Made by a program: the position numbers and the translations under genes. From NCBI GenBank assembly GCA_031430855.1, contig JANPCG010000013.1, positions 26,347 to 90,346 of the forward strand: 64,000 nucleotides of DNA, in the 5' to 3' direction. This stretch comes from Candidatus Kaiserbacteria bacterium. Lineage in GTDB: Bacteria; Patescibacteriota; Minisyncoccia; Phycocordibacterales; UBA918. This document shows, piece after piece, positions 29,232-38,095 of this stretch (position 1 is the stretch's first letter; every line of letters begins with the position of its first letter). The notes beneath the pieces are model-generated. The model was not told where the DNA came from. It saw only the letters and a program-made list of their open reading frames with translations, and did no database searches.

Positions 29232-29294
29232 GGGATCGAACCTGGGACCTTCCGCATGTCATGCGGACGCTCTAACCAGCTGAGCTATACGCGC
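29221..29294 (-). tRNA. tRNA-Val (anticodon GAC)
   Basis: Acceptor GCGCGTA/TATGCGC, T-loop GGTTCGATCC, anticodon arm tccgc-atGACat-gcgga. Confidence 0.85.
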
Positions 29295-29370
29295 GGTAGT
29301 GGACAGTATACTCAAGTCTTTTAAATCTGCAAAGTAAAACCCACCCAAGTCTGGCGTGACAAGGGTGGGG

Positions 29371-29565
29371 CTAGTAGTTACGGAGATATTCCGTAACTGC
29401 GGCATGGGCAATCTCAGTTGCCGACATGTTGAGTTTTGCTTCAATCTCAAGGAGGCGATTACGAACCGAGTCGTTACCAGCTGCAAGAGCTGCCACGAGC
29501 TGGGCGTGTTCAATCACCAGGTACTTCTTCTCGCTGTCATCCATGATTTCGTCCTTACTTGACAT
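29371..29565 (-). CDS. Small hypothetical protein (64 aa), downstream partner of an overlapping two-gene module
   Basis: ORF overlaps the upstream gene by ~11 nt. Helical and acidic. Confidence 0.4.
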   Translation of the reverse strand: MSSKDEIMDDSEKKYLVIEHAQLVAALAAGNDSVRNRLLEIEAKLNMSATEIAHAAVTEYLRNY

Positions 29566-30004
29566 ACATTGAATATGTTAGCATAATTGCAAACTTTCCG
29601 CAAGCGGCTCGTTCAACCTGTCCTGCTGGGGCTAAAACCCGCATCCATGAGTTATCGCGTTCGGCGTCATTCAGTTTGCGGGAGAGGATTTTAATACTAT
29701 CAATAAGAGTGTTATGTAAGCGGGTGCGCTCGCTGTCCATTTGGGGAAATATTTCTCGCCATTCTTCATCAGTGTAGATTGCTCTGTTTTTGAGCGCTTC
29801 TCCCATTTTCCAGACATCGTTACTGTAGCGAATTGCATAGTTTTTAAACTGTTCAAGTGCCCGTTCACAGAAATCGTCTCCAGCACAAAGAGTTTCAAGT
29901 TCAGCGTAGGTAATAGGGAGATCGAGTTTTAAGCCTTTTTCTACCTTCGTGTTCATATTATCAATGAACGCAGGTGATGGGGTTGGTGTACCTTCTGTTG
30001 TCAT
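29555..30004 (-). CDS. Hypothetical protein (~150 aa), upstream partner of the two-gene module
   Basis: ORF from MTTEGTP with no recognised motif. A Cys pair (CAGDDFC) is present. Confidence 0.4.
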   Translation of the reverse strand: MTTEGTPTPSPAFIDNMNTKVEKGLKLDLPITYAELETLCAGDDFCERALEQFKNYAIRYSNDVWKMGEALKNRAIYTDEEWREIFPQMDSERTRLHNTLIDSIKILSRKLNDAERDNSWMRVLAPAGQVERAACGKFAIMLTYSMYVK

Positions 30005-30095
30005 ATCGCAATAGTATACACGAGAGTGTGCGTAACTTTGAAACAAATACTACGGTACTATATAGCATAGACGCTATACATTATTTTAAATTTTT

Positions 30096-31913
30096 ATGTG
30101 CGGAATTTTTGGATACATTGGAAAAAAGAATGCTACTGAAGTTTTGATTAGTGGATTACGTCTCCTCGAGTATCGTGGGTATGATTCAGCTGGAATCTAT
30201 GTGGCGAGTGGTGGTATCGTCAAAGCAGTCGGTAAGGTTTCATCGCTTGAAGCAAAATTAGCGGAGAATCCGGTTGTTGGTTGTGCGGGGATTGCGCATA
30301 CGCGGTGGGCGACCCATGGAGTGCCATGTGAGGTAAATGCGCATCCTCACACTGAAGCGAGTGAGACGATTTTTCTTGTTCATAATGGCATTATTGAAAA
30401 TTGGCGACAACTCAAAGATGGTTTGGCGGTGCAAGGTATTACCATGGTGGGTGAGACTGATACTGAGGTTCTCACAAAACTGATTGGTAGTTTTTATACC
30501 GGTAACTTGAAACAAGCTGTCGTTGCTGCCCTAGCTCACGTACATGGCACCTATGGTATTGCCGTAATGAGTACTAAAAATCCAAAGGAAATCGTCGTGG
30601 CGCGGATGGGAAGTCCGATTGTTTTGGGTGTAGGTCAACATGAAATGTTTATTTCGTCTGATCCGTCTGCACTGCTTTCCCATACGAAAGAGGTGGTGTA
30701 TCTCGACGATGGTGAAATTGCTGTTGTAACGAATGCTGCCTATGTAGTCACTAGTATTGCTGGGGAATCTCGCCCGAAAGTGTCAGAGATGATGGATTGG
30801 GATGCGTCGGTCGTACAAAAAAATGGATACGCTCATTTTATGTTAAAGGAAATTCACGAAGCTGCAGAGGTGATAGAAAACACCACTCGGGGTCGTCTTT
30901 TAACTGAATCCGGAACAGTAAAGCTGGGCGGCCTCGAGTCAGTCCTCGGGCGGTTGTCGACGATTCGCCGACTCATGATTGTAGGCTGTGGTTCTGCCTA
31001 TTATTCCGGACTCATTGGTCGCTTAATGATAGAAGAGTATGCAGGCTTGCCGGTTGAGGTTGAGCTTGGTAGTGAGTATCGCTATAAACGAAATTTTGGT
31101 GACGTACACACCGCGGTCTTGGCGGTCACGCAATCGGGTGAGACCGCTGATACGTTGGCTTCTGTCCGTTTGGCTAAAGAACTAGGGCTGCTTTCCTTAG
31201 GAATCGTCAACACAGTAGGCTCTACGATATCTCGTGAGACGGATGCTGGCGTTCATAATCACGCCGGTCCAGAGATTGCGGTTGCTTCAACGAAGGCTTT
31301 TATTTCTCAGTTGACGGTGTTTGTGATGCTTACGGTATTTTTAGGTAGACAGCGCAATATGAGTGAGGCTCAGGCCCAGGAGATACTTGCTGCACTTGAA
31401 GCATTGCCACAGGTGCTTGAGGCGATGCTTTCCGACACTACGGCAATTGAGACGGTGGCAAAAAAATACGCATCTGCAAGGGACATTATGTACATCGGCC
31501 GCCAAATGCACGCACCGCTTGCATACGAAGGCTCACTTAAGGTAAAAGAGGTGTCATATATCCACGCTGAAGCGTATGCGGGTGGAGAATTGAAACATGG
31601 TTCGATTGCTATGTTAGGACCAGATTTTCCCGTGTTTGCCATTGCTCCCGAAGACGCGGTTTATGAGAAAATGCTCTCTAATATTGAGGAGGTGAAAGCG
31701 AGACGAGCTCCGGTGATTCTCTTGACTACTGAGGGTGCTCCAGGAGCACGTGAAGTCACGGATGATGTTATCTATGTTCCCAAAGTGCATCCGCTACTCC
31801 AACCAATAGTCACAATCATTCCGCTTCAATTGTTTGCTTACTATATCGGGGTGGCTCGCGGACTTGATGTCGATCAGCCGCGTAATTTAGCCAAGAGTGT
31901 TACGGTTGAGTAG
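30096..31913 (+). CDS. glmS: Glutamine--fructose-6-phosphate aminotransferase
   Basis: MCGIFGYIG N-terminal nucleophile. Two SIS domains. Confidence 0.9.
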   Translation: MCGIFGYIGKKNATEVLISGLRLLEYRGYDSAGIYVASGGIVKAVGKVSSLEAKLAENPVVGCAGIAHTRWATHGVPCEVNAHPHTEASETIFLVHNGIIENWRQLKDGLAVQGITMVGETDTEVLTKLIGSFYTGNLKQAVVAALAHVHGTYGIAVMSTKNPKEIVVARMGSPIVLGVGQHEMFISSDPSALLSHTKEVVYLDDGEIAVVTNAAYVVTSIAGESRPKVSEMMDWDASVVQKNGYAHFMLKEIHEAAEVIENTTRGRLLTESGTVKLGGLESVLGRLSTIRRLMIVGCGSAYYSGLIGRLMIEEYAGLPVEVELGSEYRYKRNFGDVHTAVLAVTQSGETADTLASVRLAKELGLLSLGIVNTVGSTISRETDAGVHNHAGPEIAVASTKAFISQLTVFVMLTVFLGRQRNMSEAQAQEILAALEALPQVLEAMLSDTTAIETVAKKYASARDIMYIGRQMHAPLAYEGSLKVKEVSYIHAEAYAGGELKHGSIAMLGPDFPVFAIAPEDAVYEKMLSNIEEVKARRAPVILLTTEGAPGAREVTDDVIYVPKVHPLLQPIVTIIPLQLFAYYIGVARGLDVDQPRNLAKSVTVE

Positions 31914-31957
31914 GGAGAAAGAAGAGTGATATAATCGTAACGTAATAAAATTTTAGT

Positions 31958-32455
31958 ATGTTAAAAATTAGACGAAAAGCACCGACCTTTACCTTGTTAG
32001 ACCAAGATGCTGAAACCCGAAAATTAAAAGAGTATCTCGGGAAGTGGATGGTGATATATTTCTACCCAAAAGATGACACGCCAGGCTGTACCAAAGAGGC
32101 GTGTATGATTACCGAAGTCTACAAAGATTTTAAAAAGCTCGGGGTGGCAGTCGTTGGGGTGAGTAAAGATACACCCAGGTCACACAAAAAGTTTGCTGAG
32201 AAATACAGTTTACCGTTTACCTTGCTCTCTGATCCGACCATGGAAATGATGGTCAAATATGGCGCCGTCGTAGAAAAGAAAATGTATGGCAAAACCGTCC
32301 GAGGTACCAATCGCATCACATACCTCATTTCACCAGACGGAAAAATTGCAAACGTGTATCCCAATGTTGATCCGGCCGGACATGCGCTCGAACTTTTGAC
32401 CGATATAAAACGCATGCAAAAGGAAGCTAAGAAGGCAGCCAAGGCAGTAGTGTAG
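31958..32455 (+). CDS. bcp: Thiol peroxidase Bcp (peroxiredoxin)
   Basis: YFYPKDDTPGCTKEAC motif. Confidence 0.85.
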   Translation: MLKIRRKAPTFTLLDQDAETRKLKEYLGKWMVIYFYPKDDTPGCTKEACMITEVYKDFKKLGVAVVGVSKDTPRSHKKFAEKYSLPFTLLSDPTMEMMVKYGAVVEKKMYGKTVRGTNRITYLISPDGKIANVYPNVDPAGHALELLTDIKRMQKEAKKAAKAVV

Positions 32456-32460
32456 ATAAC

Positions 32461-32492
32461 AAAAAGCGTTGACTTAGAATCAACGCTTTTTG
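32461..32492. terminator. Rho-independent terminator
   Basis: aaaaagcgttga-cttagaa-tcaacgcttttt. Confidence 0.6.
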
Positions 32493-32565
32493 TATAGGTA
32501 CAAGAATGCGAATCCAAAAATCGGTATAGAAATGGCCGCCTTGTGACGGGCGGCCGCACATCCTG

Positions 32566-33000
32566 TTAGGGTGTGGTAATCAGTTGTTGCCAACGTCGGT
32601 GACGGTGGTGGTAGAAATTTTGGGCAAAAAACCAAATCAGAAGCGTTTGCCATCCCGCTTCGATGTCGATTGTGTCTACGAGGCGACACTCTCCGGGGTA
32701 ATCTTCAAGTAATTGCATGGTGTGATTCCATTTTGTTACGGAACCACCTTTTTCATGGGTGACGATTTTGTGCTCGTCATCACTCCGCGAGATCACGGTA
32801 ACAAAATGATCTCCTTGGGGCTTTCCCCACAGTCGCGGCCGGAGGTTGATCGTTTTCCCGACTTCCCATTCGGTTGGGAGATCTATGGTGTCGTATGTCA
32901 TCACTCCTTCCGTCACAAACCGAAGGGTTTCGGTTTGTTTGAGCTTTTCCCAGACTGCTCCAATTGGAGCTTGCAGGGTTGAAGTTACGGTAACTCTCAT
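32566..33000 (-). CDS. SRPBCC-like (polyketide cyclase/AHSA1-like) small protein
   Basis: 144-aa ORF with a fold-family pattern only. Confidence 0.4.
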   Translation of the reverse strand: MRVTVTSTLQAPIGAVWEKLKQTETLRFVTEGVMTYDTIDLPTEWEVGKTINLRPRLWGKPQGDHFVTVISRSDDEHKIVTHEKGGSVTKWNHTMQLLEDYPGECRLVDTIDIEAGWQTLLIWFFAQNFYHHRHRRWQQLITTP

Positions 33001-33144
33001 CGATGTTCTCCGGGATGGTTGATGCGCAGGGGATCCCTGTTCTCAATGTATCATAGCATAAAAGTCTTAATAAGACAACATCTTTATAAAAAAGCAATAG
33101 ACTTTGTAAAGTCATTGTCAGATAAAATGTATATACAAGGGAAT

Positions 33145-33176
33145 AAAAAAAGGGCGCCACACGTGCGCCCTTTCGG
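33145..33176 (-). terminator. Terminator of the GC-rich gene
   Basis: aaaaaaagggcgc-cacacg-tgcgccctttcgg. Confidence 0.55.
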
Positions 33177-33212
33177 TGCTTATGTGACGACCTAGGGTCG
33201 TGGCAGCCTGAT

Positions 33213-34061
33213 TCAGGCGGCCTTGGTTTCTTTGTCCGTCGACTCGCCGACTTCGGCTTCGTCGATTGGGTCAAGGATCTTGGCCGAGATGATCGTGCCG
33301 ATACCTTTCTGCTGCATCTTGAGCAGAACACGACGAGGGTCGCCGTCACCGTATGCGGCGATTGCTTGCCGCACTTCTTCTTCCACCTTGGCGCGAATGG
33401 GATCGTCCAGTGCAGCAAGGGTCGCGATCTGGTCGGCCGTCAGGTCGCCGGTATACGGCTCGGCGGACATTTCGGCTCGGCGCCCGCGTACCATCGACTG
33501 CAGCATTGCCATGAAGTCAGACGGTCCGTTTTCTTCGTCACCTGCAGCTGCGAGGACATCGAATTCGACGTCCGCGCCATCCTTGATAGCTGTGGTCTTG
33601 ATTCGGCTGGGGTCGTTGTTCGCCCGCGAGGCGATTAGCTTCCGTAACGCTTCTTCCACCTCGGTCTGAATGTCTTCATTCGCTTCGGCAAGGGTCGCGA
33701 TCTGGTCGGCCGTCAGGTCGCCTGCGTACGGTTCGACTTCTTTTTCGCGCAGCATCGCCCGCATCATGGTAGCGAACGGGCTGAGGTTCTTTTCCCGGTC
33801 TGGGGAGAAGGCATCCTCAAACAGCTGCTCCATAAAACCGCCGAGGTTCGGTCCCTTCGACGACTTTGGACGCTGGTCCGATTTGCCGTCGAGTTTGCCG
33901 GCCTTCTTGATCTTCTTCAGGCGTTTCTTAGCGCCTTTTTCGATCATGTGCGTGAACATGCTCTTTTGCGCTTCGCTGAGCGAATCAGAGAAGACTTTGG
34001 CGCAGATACATCCTTCGCCGCAGCCGATTCCAGCCGCTGCCATCATTTTGGTAAGGTTCAT
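33213..34061 (-). CDS. Hypothetical protein with internal tandem repeat, markedly GC-rich relative to the window
   Basis: 282-aa ORF with N-terminal GIGCGEGCICAK. Two ~45-aa repeats (EPY[AT]GDLTADQIATLA...) are encoded by near-identical 36-nt DNA segments. GC3 is high. Confidence 0.5.
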   Translation of the reverse strand: MNLTKMMAAAGIGCGEGCICAKVFSDSLSEAQKSMFTHMIEKGAKKRLKKIKKAGKLDGKSDQRPKSSKGPNLGGFMEQLFEDAFSPDREKNLSPFATMMRAMLREKEVEPYAGDLTADQIATLAEANEDIQTEVEEALRKLIASRANNDPSRIKTTAIKDGADVEFDVLAAAGDEENGPSDFMAMLQSMVRGRRAEMSAEPYTGDLTADQIATLAALDDPIRAKVEEEVRQAIAAYGDGDPRRVLLKMQQKGIGTIISAKILDPIDEAEVGESTDKETKAA

Positions 34062-34230
34062 TTTGGTATATCCTCCGATGTTGGTACCAAGGGTAATAAA
34101 TTATCACATTATTGAAAAATGTCAAATGGGGGTGGGTGGCGTTTGGGTATTATTTGAGCGCGAAATTGAAGCCTTTTGCTCTGTGGTCATCACTCGAGTA
34201 CGAAACTGAAGCAGTTCAGAAAGCCCTCGT

Positions 34231-34321
34231 GGTCACGAATCACTAAGTATATTTGTTCACTGCGTTCCAAATCTACTAAGTGTTCTCGACCCGAGAAACA
34301 GTGTTTAGACACTGTTTCTCC
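34231..34321 (+). repeat. Modular intergenic repeat, units A+B
   Basis: A-unit: ggtcacgaatcactaagtatatttgttcactgcgttccaaatctactaagtgttctcgaccc. B-unit hairpin: gagaaacagtg-tttagac-actgtttctcc. The units recur at 56.7 kb, 57.1 kb and 36.4-36.7 kb. Confidence 0.55.
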
Positions 34322-34380
34322 GACGGTTTCTTTTTTCTATAAATGAAAAAGAAACATCGCTGCGGTTATCACAACGGCCC

Positions 34381-34447
34381 GCAAGTGACGCAGGTCACTT
34401 GCTAGATTAGAAAATACCCCAGCATTTGCTGGGGTATTTTCTAATCT
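34381..34447. repeat. Pair of perfect hairpins (GCAG-loop hairpin plus 20-bp AT-flanked hairpin)
   Basis: gcaagtgac-GCAG-gtcacttgc, then tagattagaaaataccccagc-attt-gctggggtattttctaatcta. Confidence 0.5.
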
Positions 34448-34830
34448 GCCGTTGTGTTCCCACGGGTAATGATCCTGACGGTCACCAAGCTATATTTTTT
34501 CATTTCATTCAAAATCTAGCAGGTGCCGCGGGACACGCCTCATTCATAGCAAAGCTATATCATTCCGGCGTTTCGATTACCGCAAAAGACACGCAGATGT
34601 CTTTTTCGTGGGATCACGCAACAAAAACGGCATTCACAGATGTGAATGCTCGTTTTTGTACGCGTGATCCCACGGGTAATCGAAACCCGATTTTCAGGAT
34701 GAAAACCTGATGTCCTAACCGTTAGACGATGGGACCCTAATTCCTAGGGTTTGTAACTTCATTCCTTAGGTGCGCACTATAATACCAAAAAAGTCAAAAA
34801 AAGCTAGTCATAAGGACAAGTTTTCTCTGT

Positions 34831-34870
34831 TGCGGAAGCGAGAGGATTCGAACATTACATGTTCGGTACA
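34831..34870 (-). repeat. Partial direct copy of the tRNA-Ser 3' end (23 nt) plus conserved junction palindrome
   Basis: tgcggaagcgagaggattcgaac matches 34953-34975 exactly. It is followed by ATTACATGTTCGGTACA, forming GAACAT-TAC-ATGTTC. Confidence 0.6.
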
Positions 34871-34954
34871 CCTTTCGTATCGTACCCACTCCGTTCCGTG
34901 CGATGTACTTAAGGTCTTCAAATCCTCTTTTGAAACTGACGTTTCAAATTCCTG

Positions 34955-35042
34955 CGGAAGCGAGAGGATTCGAACCTCCGAGGAGCTTTCACCCCTGCCG
35001 CTTTTCGAGAGCGGTACCTTCAGCCAGCTCAGACACGCTTCC
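34955..35042 (-). tRNA. tRNA-Ser (anticodon CGA)
   Basis: Class-II tRNA. Acceptor GGAAGCG/CGCTTCC, anticodon arm ccgct-ctCGAaa-agcgg, long variable arm, T-loop GGTTCGAATCC. Confidence 0.85.
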
Positions 35043-35324
35043 AAGCGTATAGCTAACAAGTATAACATTGCGGGCAAATATTTCGGAATTTGGAGGCAGA
35101 TTTCACTAACAGTTATACAGCTATTTATATACCTAGTTTTACCCCTAGTTATCCTCTGGCTTTTCCCCATGATATACACAGGTACTATTAAAAATATGGG
35201 TTTTATACTTTATTGACGAGAGTTTCCTATGTGAGATGCTTATTGCAGGTTTGCATGGTGGTGATTTTCTCCATACTAAAACTCTTTTGGGTTGGGGCAT
35301 GCAAGCCAAATCTCTACGTTGTAC

Positions 35325-35363
35325 AAAAGCAAAACGCTTCCCTTGGGAAGCGTTTTGCTTTTT
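35325..35363 (-). terminator. trxB terminator
   Basis: aaagcaaaacgcttccc-ttg-ggaagcgttttgcttttt, a perfect 17-bp stem. Confidence 0.6.
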
Positions 35364-35372
35364 ATGCTTAGA

Positions 35373-36296
35373 TTAATGGGCCATCAGCGTGACGTAGATA
35401 TCCTCTAGCGCCTTGACACCATCACCTGCGGAGATGTTGTTTTGGTGGTATTTAACATTAGTACAGTCACCGGCAGCCCATACTCCCGGAGTCGCGGTTT
35501 TTTGAGTCCAGGGATCAATTTCAATCCGACCGTAGGTATCAAGCGCTACCACGTCTTTAGCAAATGAGGTATTTGGAATCATGCCAATTTCAACAAAGAT
35601 TCCAGTGACTGGGAGGGTTTCAGTTGTCCCTTCAGCTGTGGTGTAGGTGAGTCCATTTACAAATTTTTCGGCTACTACAGCAGTTGGTTTAACATTTAAG
35701 AGGGCACGCATGTTAGGGTGAGCGAGAACTTTTTCGGTGGTGACCGCGTCAGCTTTAAAGGCAGGGCCTTTATGGAGTAGGGTAACAGATTTCGCGTAGG
35801 CAAGAAGTTGCGCGGCGGTTTCAAAACCGGCGTTACCGCCACCAATTACGGCGACGTCTTGTCCTGCAAAAATCGGACCGTCGCAGCTGGCGCAGTAGGT
35901 CACTCCTTTATGTTCAAAGGCATCAGCGCCGGGTACATCGAGACGACGGCGACTCGAACCGCTTGCAATCAAAATTGCTCGGGCAGTGTGAGTTTCACTG
36001 TTGTCTAGCGTGACCGTAAATGTCCCATCACTTTCTTTTAATAGGTGCTGCGCTGTGCGGCCAGCAGTAATCGTGACATATCCATCAGCGTAGGCTTCGA
36101 GGTGAGTTTTTAAATCGTTTGCGAGTTTGGTTCCGGCTATGGCAGGGGTTCCTATCCAGTTTTGGATTTCAACGGAGACTGTACTCTGTCCGCCCCAGTC
36201 AGTCGTGATAAAAAGAGTTTTAAGTCGTTTGCGCGCTGCGTATACTCCAGCTGAAATTCCGGCTGGTCCACCACCAATGATAATCAAATCGTACAT
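35373..36296 (-). CDS. trxB: Thioredoxin-disulfide reductase
   Basis: MYDLIIIGGGPAG FAD motif, CASCDG redox centre, GGGNAG NADPH motif. Start placed at MYDLII. Confidence 0.85.
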   Translation of the reverse strand: MYDLIIIGGGPAGISAGVYAARKRLKTLFITTDWGGQSTVSVEIQNWIGTPAIAGTKLANDLKTHLEAYADGYVTITAGRTAQHLLKESDGTFTVTLDNSETHTARAILIASGSSRRRLDVPGADAFEHKGVTYCASCDGPIFAGQDVAVIGGGNAGFETAAQLLAYAKSVTLLHKGPAFKADAVTTEKVLAHPNMRALLNVKPTAVVAEKFVNGLTYTTAEGTTETLPVTGIFVEIGMIPNTSFAKDVVALDTYGRIEIDPWTQKTATPGVWAAGDCTNVKYHQNNISAGDGVKALEDIYVTLMAH

Positions 36297-36425
36297 ACAA
36301 AAACTGAAATTGCTAAGTGAAGAGTAGTTTAGCATATTTTGATGAGAGGGATGTGGGAATAAGAAAACCAGCCGGGTGGGCTGGGTTTCTTGGTCTGAAG
36401 ATTTTTGGAAAGAAATACCGGCACC

Positions 36426-36487
36426 GGTCACAAGTTACTAACCATAATCATTCGCTACGCTCTGATTCTAGTAAGTACTTGCGACCC
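36426..36487 (+). repeat. A-unit repeat copy (36.4 kb, a)
   Basis: ggtcacaagttactaaccataatcattcgctacgctctgattctagtaagtacttgcgacccc. Confidence 0.5.
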
Positions 36488-36603
36488 CGGCGGGCTGGTT
36501 CAGGGCATTAGTAATAGCCCTTCACATCGCTCCGCCTCGCCGTTCCGGCTTCTTGCTAGTCAAAACTTATTTAAGTTTTGATCGACGCAAGAAAGCCGGC
36601 ACC

Positions 36604-36665
36604 GGTCACGAGTCACTAATCATAATGGTTCGTTTCACTCCCCTTCTGATAAGTGCTCGCGACCC
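36604..36665 (+). repeat. A-unit repeat copy (36.6 kb, b), in the ftsZ 3' region
   Basis: ggtcacgagtcactaatcataatggttcgtttcactccccttctgataagtgctcgcgacccc. The terminal stem covaries with copy a (caag/cttg versus cgag/ctcg). Confidence 0.5.
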
Positions 36666-36715
36666 CGCCTTGCTGTCTCGGCTTCGCCTCGTATCGCTGC
36701 GGCCGGCAGTGCCTT

Positions 36716-37954
36716 TTATTTCAGCTTGCTTCGCCGCAGAAATGCAGGTACTGCCCCCCAATCGTCCTCTTCCTCATCAATTGGGTCAACGGGCTTTGGG
36801 TCGCGACGGGGAAGCTCTGGCTTTGGTTCCATAGTCTCTACTCGAGCAATTGGCGTCTGTGCCTCTTCGACGTCACGTCGTGGATTGGTGAGTGAATTGA
36901 AAATTCGTCCCCGGGTATCAGGAGCCTTCTCTTCTACTTCAGGTTCCATTGGTGCTGCCATCGGAGCTCGCCTCGAGATGGCATGATTGTGAGCCATTTC
37001 TTCCGGGAAGCCGGTAGCAATAACGGTCACCTTGATTTCATTTTTCTTAAGCTTCTCGTCTTTAATAGCTCCAAAGATTACGCGTGCTTGTGGGTCAATT
37101 GATTCAGTAATTACGCGTGCTGCATCTTGAATCTCGAGCATTCCGAGATCGTCACCACCAGCAATCGCAAATAGGACGCCTTTCGCTCCGGTGATTGAGA
37201 CTTCAAGGAGGGGAGAGTTAATAGCTGATTGAGCCGCTTCTTCAGCGCGCTTCTCACCAGTGGAAACACCAACACCCATGAGGGCTGAACCGGCATTTTC
37301 CATAACTGAACGGATGTCGGCAAAGTCGACGTTAATGATACCAGGCATCGTGATGAGGTCAGAGATACCTTCCACCGCTTGTTTGAGGACGTTATCACAT
37401 TGTTGGAACGCATTTTGAACGGTGGTTTCTTTATCAACAATTGCAAGGAGGCGATCATTAGGAATGATGATGAGAGCATCAACTTCCTTTTTAAGTTCTT
37501 CAATACCCTGAAGAGCCAAACGCATTCGTTCTTGTCCTTCAAAGAGGAAAGGTTTAGTGACCACACCAACCGTCAAGGCACCACTCTCTCGTGCGATCTT
37601 TGCAATTACGGGAGCAGCTCCAGTTCCGGTTCCACCACCCATACCACAGGTGATGAAAATCATGTCAGAACCCTTGATGGCATTATTGATTTCTTCACGG
37701 GTTTCTTCGGCAGCACGACGTCCCATGTCGGGATTACCACCAGCTCCAAGACCACGGGTAAGGTTCTTACCAATGTGGATTTTTTTCTTGGCGAGCGAGT
37801 GGTGAAGGTCTTGCGCATCACTGTTAATGGCAATAAATTCTACTCCTTTCACTTTAGCGCCCACCATGTAGTTCACGGCATTGTTGCCTGAACCCCCGGC
37901 TCCTACGACTCGGATTCGTGCAAAAGATTCAACGTCTGATTTTATTTGTTCCAT
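36716..37954 (-). CDS. ftsZ: Cell division GTPase FtsZ
   Basis: GGGTGTG tubulin signature. Long acidic C-terminal linker. Confidence 0.9.
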   Translation of the reverse strand: MEQIKSDVESFARIRVVGAGGSGNNAVNYMVGAKVKGVEFIAINSDAQDLHHSLAKKKIHIGKNLTRGLGAGGNPDMGRRAAEETREEINNAIKGSDMIFITCGMGGGTGTGAAPVIAKIARESGALTVGVVTKPFLFEGQERMRLALQGIEELKKEVDALIIIPNDRLLAIVDKETTVQNAFQQCDNVLKQAVEGISDLITMPGIINVDFADIRSVMENAGSALMGVGVSTGEKRAEEAAQSAINSPLLEVSITGAKGVLFAIAGGDDLGMLEIQDAARVITESIDPQARVIFGAIKDEKLKKNEIKVTVIATGFPEEMAHNHAISRRAPMAAPMEPEVEEKAPDTRGRIFNSLTNPRRDVEEAQTPIARVETMEPKPELPRRDPKPVDPIDEEEDDWGAVPAFLRRSKLK

Positions 37955-38095
37955 AAATAAATAGTGATAAAAAATGTAATACCTCCAGTCCTACAGCGTC
38001 GCGACTGTTAAGTAGTGGTATCATACAGTGAATTACTAGAGCTGTCACATATTGACAGCTCTCACTTGTGTGTGTTTGACGTATTTGTTAAAACG

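Noticed and set aside
33223-34209. Plus-strand ORFs (148, 90, 179 aa) opposite the GC-rich gene
   Set aside because: Antisense shadows typical of high-GC coding sequence. The minus-strand ORF is longer, has a terminator, and shows protein-level internal repeats.
34426-35216. Plus- and minus-strand ORFs (94, 148, 123 aa) in the tRNA-Ser region
   Set aside because: They overlap tRNA-Ser, repeat units and perfect hairpins, so they are artefacts of the repeat-rich spacer.
37379-37891. 170-aa plus-strand ORF inside ftsZ, and 156-aa minus-strand ORF (62339-62809) inside clpB
   Set aside because: Antisense ORFs within strongly supported conserved genes.
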